DNA of 61,547 nt, taken from Octopus bimaculoides. Its lineage: Eukaryota. Both the position numbers and the translations under genes were made by a program. Shown here piece by piece: positions 49,759 through 61,496 of this stretch (its first letter is position 1; each line of letters starts with the position of its first letter). The notes below the pieces were generated by a model, which was not told the origin of the DNA, made no database searches, and saw only the letters and a list, made by a program, of their open reading frames with translations. The stretch spans positions 9,078,038-9,139,584 of the forward strand of contig NC_068996.1 in the NCBI RefSeq assembly GCF_001194135.2, written 5' to 3'.

Positions 49759-49912
49759 TTCAGACTTTTGTATAGTGGGCAACTACTTGCCAGCATCACC
49801 ATCACCATCTGTATTTTTTTGTTTTCATATATGGTTCAGACAGGATTGGTTGAGGCATTATTCTACTAACAGATGTCATTCCTGGTGCCAAACATTACTT
49901 GTCTTTGTGTAA
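49759..49912 (+). CDS. candidate phase-1 terminal exons from tandem acceptors (49759-49775 xQTFV*; 49764-49912 xFCIVGNYLPASPSPS...LLVFV*)
   Basis: Long pyrimidine tract ending ctcAAGttcAG. Confidence 0.35.
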
Positions 49913-50069
49913 GGTATATATACTTTTATTCCCTAACATCACACAAACCATTGAGCTGCTTAACTTTTTGTTCATGTAGAGCATAAACCACTTGGTGATT
50001 TAAACAGTATCACTGAGTGGCGCCAGTGCAAAGACATGTGGAGAAAAATACACACATGAGCAAACACAC

Positions 50070-50287
50070 ACCATGTCCACTAAGACAACTGCACTCCCTT
50101 TATCAGCCTCTTTGATTGTTATTGTTTTGTCATCTTTTAATTTGTTCATCTCAGCCCATTCTTTTTTGCTGAAGTTTGGTTTGTGTTTTTGTTTGTGCAT
50201 ATGTTGATACGGGTAATTCGAGATGTGTTCACAGAAATGATCTAGAGTTTTGTTCTTACCTTTTGAAGGGGTGTAGTTACTTCTATT
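50070..50287 (-). mobile_element. Penelope-like element fragment (region N-terminal to the RT)
   Basis: PNFSKKEWAEMNKLKDDKTITIKEADKGSAVVLVD matches the PLE motif NL..E...L..L..D..I.IK.ADKG.AVV. Confidence 0.8.
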
Positions 50288-51447
50288 NNNNNNNNNNNNN
50301 NNNNNNNNNNNNNNNNNNNNNNNNNNNNNNNNNNNNNNNNNNNNNNNNNNNNNNNNNNNNNNNNNNNNNNNNNNNNNNNNNNNNNNNNNNNNNNNNNNNN
50401 NNNNNNNNNNNNNNNNNNNNNNNNNNNNNNNNNNNNNNNNNNNNNNNNNNNNNNNNNNNNNNNNNNNNNNNNNNNNNNNNNNNNNNNNNNNNNNNNNNNN
50501 NNNNNNNNNNNNNNNNNNNNNNNNNNNNNNNNNNNNNNNNNNNNNNNNNNNNNNNNNNNNNNNNNNNNNNNNNNNNNNNNNNNNNNNNNNNNNNNNNNNN
50601 NNNNNNNNNNNNNNNNNNNNNNNNNNNNNNNNNNNNNNNNNNNNNNNNNNNNNNNNNNNNNNNNNNNNNNNNNNNNNNNNNNNNNNNNNNNNNNNNNNNN
50701 NNNNNNNNNNNNNNNNATATAAATGTCTGTGTGTCTTTGTATTTGTCTTCCACCATTTGACAACTGATACTGGTTTGTTTATGTCCTCATAACTTAGCAG
50801 TTCAGCAAAAAAAAAAAAAAGACTGATAGAATAGTACCAGGGTTGATTTCTTTGTCTAAAACCCTTCAGACTGGTGCTCCAGCATGACCGTAGTCCAATA
50901 ACTGAAACAGATAAAAAGGTGGCTTATAAATAAACTCCAGGTGGTGACTTGTTGCAGCCATTACAGCAGCAGGTAGAGTTTGTAGCAGTATTTGTCCCAG
51001 TTTGCTGGGCTCTGAGTTCAAACCTTGATGAGATCAGCTTTGCCTTTTGTCCTTTCATTGGTGAATCTGGGGGTAAATGAAGTATCAATACTGCAGTCAC
51101 TTCTTCTTCTTCATGACATATGACATGTCTTGGAGCTTTTTCTAAACATGGCTGAACTCATCTTTCTCCAGATCAAACCACATCCAATTTCTTCCATTGA
51201 AGAGATGCCAATCTGCAAGATTGTCATTTTTTTTTTTTTTTTTTTTTTTTAAAGGTTGAATGTCATGATGACACGGTGCCACATGTCATCATGACACCAT
51301 TGTGGTACCATCAGAAGCTGAGGATCTGCAGGACATAGAATGACATGTTAAACTACATTTGGTTTTATATTTGAAGAAGAGGGAAAAAAAAATAATTGCT
51401 ACTCTAGTTGTCTTTTCTCCTTCTACAATCATGACCACCACCACCAG

Positions 51448-51507
51448 AGATGATATTGAAATCCACCCCCCATTTCCTCAGTGATGTCTACAACCATAAA
51501 CCTAATG
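51448..51507 (+). CDS. candidate 60-nt symmetric phase-1 cassette (xMILKSTPHFLSDVYNHKPN); read-through stop at 51530
   Basis: First AG after a pyrimidine stretch; phase 1 open 27 codons vs 1 and 11; G|GTACAT donor. Confidence 0.35.
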
Positions 51508-52225
51508 GTACATGGCGTATATGTGTTTAAGTGAATGCATGTGGCTTAGTGGTTAGGGTGCTGGACTCATGATCATAACATTATGGTTCAATTTCTAGAC
51601 TTGGTGATACGTTGTATTCTTGAGCAAAACACTTCATTTTCATGTTGCAAAAATGAGTAATTCTATGAAGGACTGGTGTCCCACCACTGAACCGGCCCTT
51701 TGAGCCTTCATGGCTCGGGAAGGGTATCTATTATCAATATGTGTTTACCATGACACCATCTATACAGAAAGATTGTTTTAACTCATTAGTGCTCAACTTC
51801 TGTATCATCATCATCGTCATCACCACCACCATCATCATCACCATTGTTTTTGGCTTGTCTGTTGTTTCCTTTTCCTTCTTGTTAGCTTTGGTTGAATGAG
51901 ATTTCTTGAAGCAGTAGTTTGTGGTTGAATACCCTTCCTAGCATCAACCCTTACTCATTTTCAAGAGATGTATTCTTTATTCCATTGGCATTTGTACATC
52001 AAACTGTTGAGCTGATGGACATAAAGAAACAATCCTTGTTGCCCAATAGGTGCCAAAATGAAGACATATGGAACCAATGACACACACTTACACATGCATA
52101 AACTCAAACACATGGGCACAAACATGCATGGTTCTTGCTGAGAAACCAAATCTGAAATCGTATCATTGAAAAGGGGACGTCTTAAACACATATCCTTGAC
52201 TTTTTAATTGTGATTATATCTTTAG

Positions 52226-52449
52226 CCCTTCAGCATTCAGATTACTCTGTCAAATCTAATCCATATTTATCCACATTGTTTTGAATTAATCATGTATGAT
52301 CTCAAAGCGTCACAGTTTTGATGATGTATTTGTTTTAGTTTCAGAATGGCATTGTAGGGTAGGTGTGAGAGGCTGCATCTGGTCAGTCTGAACAAAAAAG
52401 GGGTAGAATATTTGGGCCTGATATGGCCAGTTTGAATATACTTAAAGGG
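52226..52449. mobile_element. piggyBac-like MITE with TTAG target duplication
   Basis: ttag|cccttcagcattc ... aaaggg|ttag; reverse-oriented relative of 652-871. Confidence 0.8.
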
Positions 52450-52726
52450 TTAGGATTATACTGTGATTGTCAAGATTTGTTCGTGTAACTCAAACACGGT
52501 ATTTTCCAATGTTGCAGATGTAGAAAAAAATTTTGAGATGCCATGATGTGGGAGGGAGTGGGGTGGGGGAGAAGAGAAAGAGAAAGAGGGAAAGGAGTTG
52601 CAGAGGGATGGAAAGGTCAAGGACAGAAAGAAAGCAAGAAAGTATTGGCAGAGATAAAAATTTGAAAAAAAAAAAAGGGGGTGGGGGAAAGAGGAAGAAG
52701 AGATGATAATAGATAAGCAAAGAGAA

Positions 52727-52764
<38 letters not shown>

Positions 52765-53215
52765 AAGAAAGAGAGAAACCAGATTGAAAAATATCCAATG
52801 CATCCTTATTATTTAAATACTCTAGTTTGTGATTTTAGAGAATTTGGCTGTTATTTCTTGCAGACTGAGTTGCTGCATAATGGTTCTTTCTTTCACTCAT
52901 GATGTGTGTATATTAAATGTGTGCATATAAAACACTTTTTTTTTTTTAATTCAGTTTGTACATCTAAAAAGTGCATGCACTTATCAATGTGTGAGTATAT
53001 TTGTGTGTGTGTGTGTGTGCGTAAACACACGCGCACACACACATGCACACACACGTACATACGACTTCCTATATAATTTTAGATAGTGAGGGGGGAGAGA
53101 GGCAAGGGTAGATACGAAGGAGAGTGGTAAGAGAAGCAGGGAGGAATGTGGAGGGAGGAGAATAGCCGGAAACGGACCTGAAATCCACTGTGAACGTCTT
53201 CTAATACCAGTTTAG

Positions 53216-53230
53216 GTGGTATTTACTTTG
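53216..53230 (+). CDS. candidate 15-nt symmetric phase-1 microexon (xGIYF)
   Basis: ctaat..ccagtttag|GTGGTATTTACTTTG|gtaaag. Confidence 0.3.
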
Positions 53231-54183
53231 GTAAAGTTTAATGCCAGTCTAACCAGACATTGCATCAACACATTCCTACACTGGCAGATACCACCACCAC
53301 CACCACCACTACCATCACCGCCAACGCCACCTACTGATGCTACCTTTTGTACATGCTCGTCTGTTTGCATGTGTATATACACGTACACAGACAGATATAT
53401 ATGTGCACACACACACACTCACACACACACACACACACACACACACAAGTTTGTGAGTGTGTATTTATTTAAAATTAAATAGAACACTCACCGTGAAAAC
53501 TTAACTAAAGGGATAGCATTGGTGGTGGTGCTGGTGGTAGTGGTGAAGGAAGCAGAAGTAAAGAGAGGGACAGAGGAGGAGTATAAAGATGTGATGGGAT
53601 GAGGAAAAGAGGCACAAACTAGTAACACCAACAACAACAACAACAACAGAAACAGAAGCAAAAGGAGAAGAGTTAGGAAATAATGGAAAGCGTGAAAGAG
53701 AGGATGAGAGAGAGAGACAGAGAGAGAGAGTAAACAAAAGAAAGCAACAGAAAGAGTGAGAGAGAGATAAAGAAAGAATAGAGAAATCTTTTGAAAACTA
53801 AATTCAGACATCTTCATTATAGTAAAGCAGTGGAATCTATTGGAATTAGTGATGGTCTGCTGTCAGCAAATAGTAAATAGATTTAAGGAAAAAACAAAAA
53901 ATGAAAAATAGAATAATTATTTATGATTTATGTTTTTATTTTGGCTTTTCTACTTCTGATTCAGGAATGGATTAACCCTTTCAGAGTCAACCCACCCGAG
54001 ATTACCTTCTTGTTTTAAAGTGTTTGCATATTTAAATCCAGGTGTGTCTCTGTGTGGTTAGAAGTTTGTTTTCCAACCACAATGGCTCCAGGTTCAGTCC
54101 TACTGCATGGCACCTTGACCAGTTGTCTTTTATTGTTGTCCCAGGTCAGCCAAAGCCTTCTGACTGGATTTGGTAGGCAGAAA

Positions 54184-54417
54184 GACGGCGAGCTGGCAGA
54201 AACGTTAGCATGCCAGGCGAAATGCTTAGCGGTATTTCGTCTGCCGCTACGTTCTGAGTTCAAATACTGCCGAGGTCGACTTTGCCTTTCATCCTTTCGG
54301 GGGTCAATAAATTAAGTACCAGTTATGTACTGGAGTCAATGTAATCGACTTAATCCCTTTGTCTGTCCTTGTTTGCCTCCTCTATGTTTAACCCCTTGTG
54401 GGTAATAAAGAGATAAG
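54184..54417 (+). mobile_element. young SINE family A inserted in a family-B-type SINE (host starts about 54045)
   Basis: Near-identical to 401-632 including the taatccctttgtctgtcc tail. Confidence 0.9.
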
Positions 54418-54984
54418 AAATGTGAGTATGTGTGTGTGTATGTGTGTTGACATTGCATGATAGTCGTAAATGATATTCACTGTCATAAAAGCAGTGTTGT
54501 TCATTTCCAGTACAGTGCAAGTACATGTCTAGCCATGAGGGAAATATTACTTTGCTTGGAAAGCAAGGGTTGGCGAAAGGAAAAGCACCAGACATGGGAA
54601 AGTGGATGGTAAATTGATGATGATGATGATGATGATGAAGAAGAATCTTCTATTATGATGTTGTGCAAGAATTTTTTTTTGTTACGTTATGTTCCCTGAT
54701 ATCCAGGCAAATCGATATGTTATTTTAGGGAATAAATCCCAAGGCTGCTTGTTCAGGAGAACATGGTAAAACCACTTAAAGTAAAATACTCAGAACTGTT
54801 GATACGGAGTCAGTTGTGTTTACATACTTTATGAAAATGGTGAGCCTAACAAAAGATGCTTTGTGGTGTTTAAGAATTCATAAATGGAGGAAAATGCCTA
54901 AAATGTCTTTTTGTTGTACTTGGTGTTTGAATAGAATGTGTAAGTTATTTTAACAAAATCCATCCAAATTCTTATCTGTCACTC

Positions 54985-55193
54985 TTTTACTTGTCTCAGT
55001 CATTGGACTGTGGCCATGCTGGGGCACCACCTTGCAGGGTTAGTCAAATAACTAGACACCAGTTATTATTTTTTTTTTTTTAGCTTGGTATTTATTCTAT
55101 CAGCCTGTTTTGCCAAACCACAAAGTTACGGGGAACATAAACAAACTAACACTGACTGTCGAGTAGTGGTGGAAAACAAACACATACACAAAG

Positions 55194-55243
<50 letters not shown>

Positions 55244-55300
55244 GGACATCTTTCAGTTTTTATCTACCACATTCACTCATAAGGCTTTAGTCAGCTTAAT
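54985..55300 (-). mobile_element. SINE family B
   Basis: Reverse-complement match. Confidence 0.8.
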
Positions 55301-55479
55301 GCTATGCTAAAAACCCATAAAAATAAACTGAAATAAACTATACAAACACACACACACATACACACACACATGCACACACACACAGACACACACACACACA
55401 CACATGTAGTGTAGTCGCTTCAGGAAATCTTCTGCAAAAGAATTAAAACAGCATTGAAGAATTACACTTCCTTCTATTC

Positions 55480-55627
55480 CATGGTTCCCAACATTTTCAC
55501 TACCAAGGACTCCTTTTATTTAAATGAATTTTCCCTTGGATCCCAGAATATTGGAAAGGTCTGTCATCTTAACATGTTCACAGACCCCCCAGTACTACTT
55601 TTGCAGACCACAGTTTGGGAACCACTG
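55480..55627. mobile_element. short hAT-type MITE
   Basis: catggttcccaac / tttgggaaccactg; imperfect TSD ttctattc / tcctattg. Confidence 0.7.
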
Positions 55628-55729
55628 TCCTATTGCATTATTTATATTTTTCACAAGGGCAGTGTGTTGTTGGTTGAGTCCACAAAGCATCGGACAAAAA
55701 TGTTTTGCAATATTTGTTCCAGTTTTTTA

Positions 55730-55950
55730 AGGTGGTGAGCTGGCAGAATTGTTATCACACCAGGCGAAATGCTTCATGGCATTTCATTGGTCTTTACATT
55801 TCGAGATCTAATTCCACTGAGGTTGACTTTGCATTTCACCTTTTTTTTTTTTTTTGGAGGGGAGGGGGCAATAAAATGAGTAAAATAAAATAAAATAAGT
55901 GGGGGTCAATGTAATCGACTTAAGACAGTCCCCTGGAATTGCTGGCCAAC
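55730..55950 (+). mobile_element. degenerate SINE family A
   Basis: ggtggtgagctggcagaattgtt head. Confidence 0.75.
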
Positions 55951-56492
55951 TTCTTCATTTTTATCCTTTTAGGCTAGATAAAAGAAAGTGCCAATCAGGA
56001 AGTGGTGGAGTTCGTTTAACAGACTTTTCTTGTTCCTCAATATTTTGAGGCCCTCGTTATGCTCATGTTAGAAATTGTTATTAGTTTTGGTTGATGGTGG
56101 TGGTAGTGGTGGTGGTGGTGATGAAGATGAAGAAATCAAAACCGTAATCCAGCAATACCATGCGGTGTAGCAAAATAAAAGCCTTGTTAAAACTTGGTAA
56201 TACTGGTTGTTTATTCCCAACAAGCCAGCTTTGCTCCAGTAGTAGCAGCAATAGACTATGATTAAAATCTTTAACTGGGAAAAAATATCCATCTTTTGTT
56301 TTAAGACAAAGTATATAGGAGGGCTGCCTCATATTACCCACCTTTTCATTCCCTTTTTTTTTTTGTTCAAGGAAAAAAAATGTTTGATTTGATGAATATT
56401 TGGCTGTTATTTCTAGTAGGTCCAGTGACCACTATAAAGGCTTCTTTGTTAGCTGGATTATACTTCAAGTTCCTCTTAAGTCTACACACACA

Positions 56493-56523
<31 letters not shown>

Positions 56524-56621
56524 GAGCTCCAGAGAGGTAGGGCTGTGAAGAAAAGGAGTGGTTTTGTGAAAAATATAAGCTGTTTTGACTGAAGAGACAG
56601 AAAATGCAATTGATGCTAGTG

Positions 56622-56664
<43 letters not shown>

Positions 56665-57179
56665 TACATACATACATGCATACATACATACATGCATACA
56701 TACATATAGAGACATACATATAGAGACATACATACATGTGTACACACATGTATAAACAGTGTTAGATAGAGAGATAGGGTGGTAGGAATCAGTTTAGAAG
56801 TGGTGAGAGGGTAATTTGGTAGAAATGACTTCAGTACCAGTGGACAAAGTACTACAGGACAGGTCACTATAGGTGTATGGCTAAAAGATAAGGAGGGGTA
56901 GACGGCTAGGGATTTTTGGATATACAAGCAATACTGCATAGCAGAGAAGATCTGAAATAATGGTGATGGTGATGGTGGCAGTGGTTCTTGGCAACTATCA
57001 TTGCCATCATCATTGTCATTCTATCATGCATTTTTTTTCTTTCTCTCCCATGTTGCCAAAGATTGGATTGGCCCCCCTGACCCCATGTAGAAATATCATA
57101 TTTCATCACTCACCTCAGTCTTGTAGCATCTCGGATATCATTGTCTTGTCTCGTTTTCTGATGCTATTGTCTCTGCAAG

Positions 57180-57352
57180 ATGTAATTCACATAAGACATG
57201 TTAGTGTGAACTTGACTCTAAGGTCCAGCCATCCAGACCTCATATCGCTAAACTGTACGTCTGAATCTTCCTCTTCTGTTACTGGTACCTTGCTCTGTTA
57301 TCACAAACAATGGTTTTCATACTTCAGCCTTTCATACTCTTTGACATGGTAG
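57180..57352 (+). CDS. candidate phase-1 exon (xVIHIRHVSVNLTLRSSHPDLISLNCTSESSSSVTG...LTW*); optional phase-1 donor after 57284
   Basis: Acceptor ctattgtctctgcaag; phase 1 open 57 codons vs 1 and 7; G|GTACCT gives a 105-nt symmetric cassette. Confidence 0.4.
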
Positions 57353-58064
57353 TGTGGTTGAGATGTTTGCTTTACAACTGCATGGTTACAGGTTTCGATT
57401 CCACTCTGTGACACCATGAGCAAGTGTCTTCTACTCTAGTTGATAGTTAAGCGGAATTTCTTGTAGAGGCTTTTTTTTTTTTTAGCAAGATTACGCTTAA
57501 TTTCTATTTTAATTCCTTGTGAGTAGATTTGATAGACAGAAACTGAAATTAGCCCATCATATATTCACTCATATATGTGTGTTTGAGTATGTTACTGTTT
57601 CCTTGTGTGATAGTTGGAAACGAGTGTCATCATCATGAAAGTGGTAACCTTGTCTGAAGGAAAATATCACCTTACTCAGAAATAGGCGAAGGTTGGTGAC
57701 AGGAAAGGTGTCATACCTTACAAAAATCTGCCTCAACAAACTCCGTCTGACCCATGCGAGCATCAAAAAGTGGATGTTAAAAAACAATGACTATGATGAG
57801 GATGATGATGATGATGATGATAGCGAAAGAGTGGGAGAAAGAAATCATCCCAATACTTGATTGGTACTTTATTGTCCCCCACCCCCTGGAAAAAAAGAAT
57901 CAATGAAAGGTAAAAATTGACCTTGCGGAAGCTTGTACCTAGAATGCAGAAAACTTAAATACTGCAGCACTACAAACTCGCTACTTTAGCGACCCAATGA
58001 TGAGGTTCCACTGACATGGTTTTTGTCAACATAAGGCATAGAACATATCTATGAACAGGTGTAG

Positions 58065-58530
58065 GTGAGTGGTAAGAAGTTTGCTTCCCAACCACATAGT
58101 TTTGGGTTCAGCCCCATTGTGTGGTACCTTGGGCAAGAGTCTTTTACTATAGCCTCAGGCTGACCAAAGCCTTGTGAGTGGATTTGGTAGACAGAAACTG
58201 ATAAGAAGCATGTTTTTATATAATATATATATATATATATANNNNNNNNNNNNNNNNNNNNNNNNNNNNNNNNNNNNNNNNNNNNNNNNNNNNNNNNNNN
58301 NNNNNNNNNNNNNNNNNNNNNNNNNNNNNNNNNNNNNNNNNNNNNNNNNNNNNNNNNNNNNNNNNNNNNNNNNNNNNNNNNNNNNNNNNNNNNNNNNNNN
58401 NNNNNNNNNNNNNNNNNNNNNNAAACAGATCAATAAAATAAGTACTGGAGTCAATTCATTCCACTGAAAATTCTTCAAGGTGGTGCCCCAGCATGTCTGC
58501 ATTCTAGTGTCTGAAAGTAGTAAAAGATGA
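58065..58530 (+). mobile_element. SINE family B spanning an N-gap
   Basis: Head ggtgtaggtgagtggtaagaag, tail aaaagatgaaat. Confidence 0.8.
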
Positions 58531-58694
58531 AATATAAAATATATTTTCATAAAGGATATATATATACCATGCCATGGAACAGAACCCAAACTGCTTACTT
58601 GCGAAGTGAACTTCCTAACCACACTGCCATTCCTTCATCCACAAAGTTGTTAAAAGTCTTAAAGGGAATATGTCATTACTTGAGGAATGGTAGA

Positions 58695-58755
<61 letters not shown>

Positions 58756-59631
58756 TACTGTTTTACATATGCATTTCTCTTTCATAGAATATTTCCAATA
58801 CATCAACGAAATAAAAACTAAAAAGTGTTAGCGAATACAAAGTAAGGTATATAACTACTATCTTTAAAACTGTATGTTGTCTTTTGACTACATTCTTCCA
58901 AGACAAATTGTTGTTTGATTTGTTTTTGACAATTTCTTCTGAAATAAAATAACATACTTTGAAGAATATAAATTCTTTTGTTGTTTTTAGATAAGTGATT
59001 CTCAAATGGTGCATTCTGCTGCAACACAAGGGAGGGGTATCTAGGTGCACCATGTTTTTTGTGTGTTTTTTTTTTAATATAAAGTGTTAGAAAATCCATA
59101 TCAATTCTTAAGAATTTTGAAAAAGAAAAAATATGATATTCATAATTCTATTATATATATAAGTATGATTACTAAAAACAAGGGAAGCAATTGTCATTTT
59201 TTCTTTTTTTCTTTTACCCAGTTTCAGAATTTCTATTTTAAAACATAGTTTTGCCTTTAACTTTCTTTTTTTTTTTTCAAATTCTTAAGTGGCTTTGCAC
59301 TTTCAAAGATGTGTGCAGTAAGAAATCTCTTACTTGAAAAGCAGGTAAGGGTTAGTGACAGAAAGAGCATCCATCTATGAAACAATGCCTTAATATGCAG
59401 TCATCTAATTCATGTTATCATGGAAAAACAAGCTTAAAACAAATGAATTCTTCTGTCCCAACAATTTATTTAATGTACACAAAGGAGAAAAAAAAAATAT
59501 GAGAATTATTTGAATGCAAATAATAGCACTAAACCACTTTACCATTCATCTCAAATGATCAGCATTCCATCCACCAACCATTAATAGTTCACCTGGCGAT
59601 TGGATCCACACTTTGATTTTGTGCTTCATAG

Positions 59632-60025
59632 GCATGGGCATGGCTGTGTGGTAAGAAGTTTGTTTCCCAACCACATGATTCTAGGTTCAATCCCACTGTG
59701 TGGCAAGCGTCTTATACTATAGCCCCAAGTCAGCCAACCAAAGCCTTGTGAGTGGATTTAGAAGGTGAAAATTGAAATAAGCCCACCATGTGTGAGTGTG
59801 TGTGTGTTTGTGTTTGTCCACCAACCATTGTTTGACTAGCGGTGTTGGTGTGTTTGCATTCTGTAACTTACTGGTTCAGTAAAAAAGACCGATAAAATAA
59901 GTATCAGACTTGAAAAAAAAAACATAAGTACTGGGTTTGATTTGTTCAACTAAAATTCTTCAAGGTGGTGAGGCAGTGCCCCAGTATGGCCACAGTCTAA
60001 TGATTGAAACAAGTAAAAGCTATAA
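59632..60025 (+). mobile_element. SINE family B
   Basis: ggcatggctgtgtggtaagaag head to aaacaagtaaaag tail. Confidence 0.85.
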
Positions 60026-60164
60026 GAGATTCAGAGATAAGTGATGAGCATCGCAATAGAGGCAATTTCCCAGTGATTACACCAAGCAACGGCAACCACA
60101 ACCAGATGGATGCCATTGTTGGTTGTAGTTGGTGTGATAGAATTCTGCAATGAAGACAATCATC

Positions 60165-60410
60165 ATCATCATCATCATCGTTTAACGTCCGCTTTCCATG
60201 CTAGCATGGGTTGGACGATTTGACTGAGGACTGGTGGAACCCGAAGGCTACACCAGGCTCCAATCTGATTTGGCAGAGTTTCTACAGCTGGATGCCCTTC
60301 CTAACGCCAACCACTCAGAGAGTGTAGTGGGTGCTTTTATGTGTCACCCACACGAAGGCCAGTCAGGAGGTACTGGCAACGGCCACGCTCGAAATGGTGT
60401 CTTTTATGAC
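60165..60410 (-). mobile_element. young SINE family C
   Basis: (CAT)n cgtttaacgtccgctttccatgctagcatggg..ggatgcccttcctaacgccaacc. Confidence 0.9.
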
Positions 60411-60989
60411 ATCTGATATTCAAGCATTAAAACTGTCAGGACATTATGGTTAAGGAACTGATGAAATCTGATTGTCTCGAGTCTGCAGAGTCCTTTTGGG
60501 ATTCTTATTTATTGTCAAGCCTGTTCTGTAAGTACTTCTTCCATCAGTGTGTGTGTGTATGAGAGAGAGAGAGAGAGATGGAACCTATGCAGATGGGATT
60601 CTTGGTGGAACAATTGACATAGGTCCCTTATTTTTCAGGAAACCTTCTCATGCCACTTACAATCAAAGAAAGGGTCCTTTGATAAAGAATTACGTTTTCT
60701 TATATAAATTGTTCCAATTCTTTAGTCAATTTCTTTCTGTCTTATTCTATCATGTATATTTAGATATGTTTTCCTGTAGCCCCATACATGAATTGTGTGT
60801 ATTTAGCTCTGAGTACCAAAATATTTGGCATGTAGTTTAAAATAAAGAGCCTAAATTTCACATTTAACCTGGGCTTATTACCAATTTTATGAGGGTCTGT
60901 GTGTAACAAATGAGTTTATGAGTATTTTGTTTTTCATTTGCTTCTATGAATGTACACATATGCATATATTTGTGTGTGTGTGTGTATTC

Positions 60990-61200
60990 TTTTACTCTTT
61001 TACTTGTTTTAGTTATATGGCTGTAGCCATGCTGGAGCACCACCTTAAAGGGTTTTTGTCGAAGAAATCGACCCCAGGATTTATTCTTTGTTAGCCTAGT
61101 ACTTATTATATCGTTCTCTTTTGTCAAACTAAGTTATGGGGGCATAAACACACCAGTATTGGTTGTCAACTGATGGTGGGGAGATAGACACACACACACA
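60990..61200 (-). mobile_element. SINE family B 3' half
   Basis: ttttactcttttacttgttt..gccatgctggagcaccacc. Confidence 0.85.
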
Positions 61201-61371
61201 TATATATATATATATACTCATATATATAGCTCAATTAAAGGTTACATACCTCATTAAGGGATAATAAAATCCAATGAATTGACTGGTTTATTATCTATTT
61301 TTAATATTGAATAATATATTTAATATTCAACAAAAAGGTAATTAGGTAAACCGAGGTTTATATTTATTAAA

Positions 61372-61488
61372 GAAAAATAAGAAAATAGAAATAAATCAAT
61401 TAATTATTATTTATTAATTACAAATTAGGTCTATTTTTGTAATTAATAAATAATTATTAATTGATTTATCTCTATTTTCTTATTTTTC
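61372..61488. repeat. near-perfect 53-bp AT-rich inverted repeat
   Basis: gaaaaataagaaaatag..ttacaaa / tttgtaa..ctattttcttatttttc, two mismatches, 11-nt loop. Confidence 0.9.
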
Positions 61489-61496
61489 ACACACAG

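Noticed and set aside
56380-56592. Long phase-1 ORF from tag/tag acceptors
   Set aside because: Acceptor is part of a recurrent repeat motif (atttggctgttatttct) and the ORF runs through (CA)(GA) repeats
1277-58622. Long ORFs spanning N-runs or (CA)/(TA)/(ATT)/(GA) repeats
   Set aside because: Artefacts of gaps and stop-free microsatellite frames. The nine gaps (1604-2044, 7304-8233, 16941-17265, 22474-22526, 27657-27802, 29820-29877, 38288-38774, 50288-50716, 58242-58422) mostly abut microsatellites, as expected for short-read assembly
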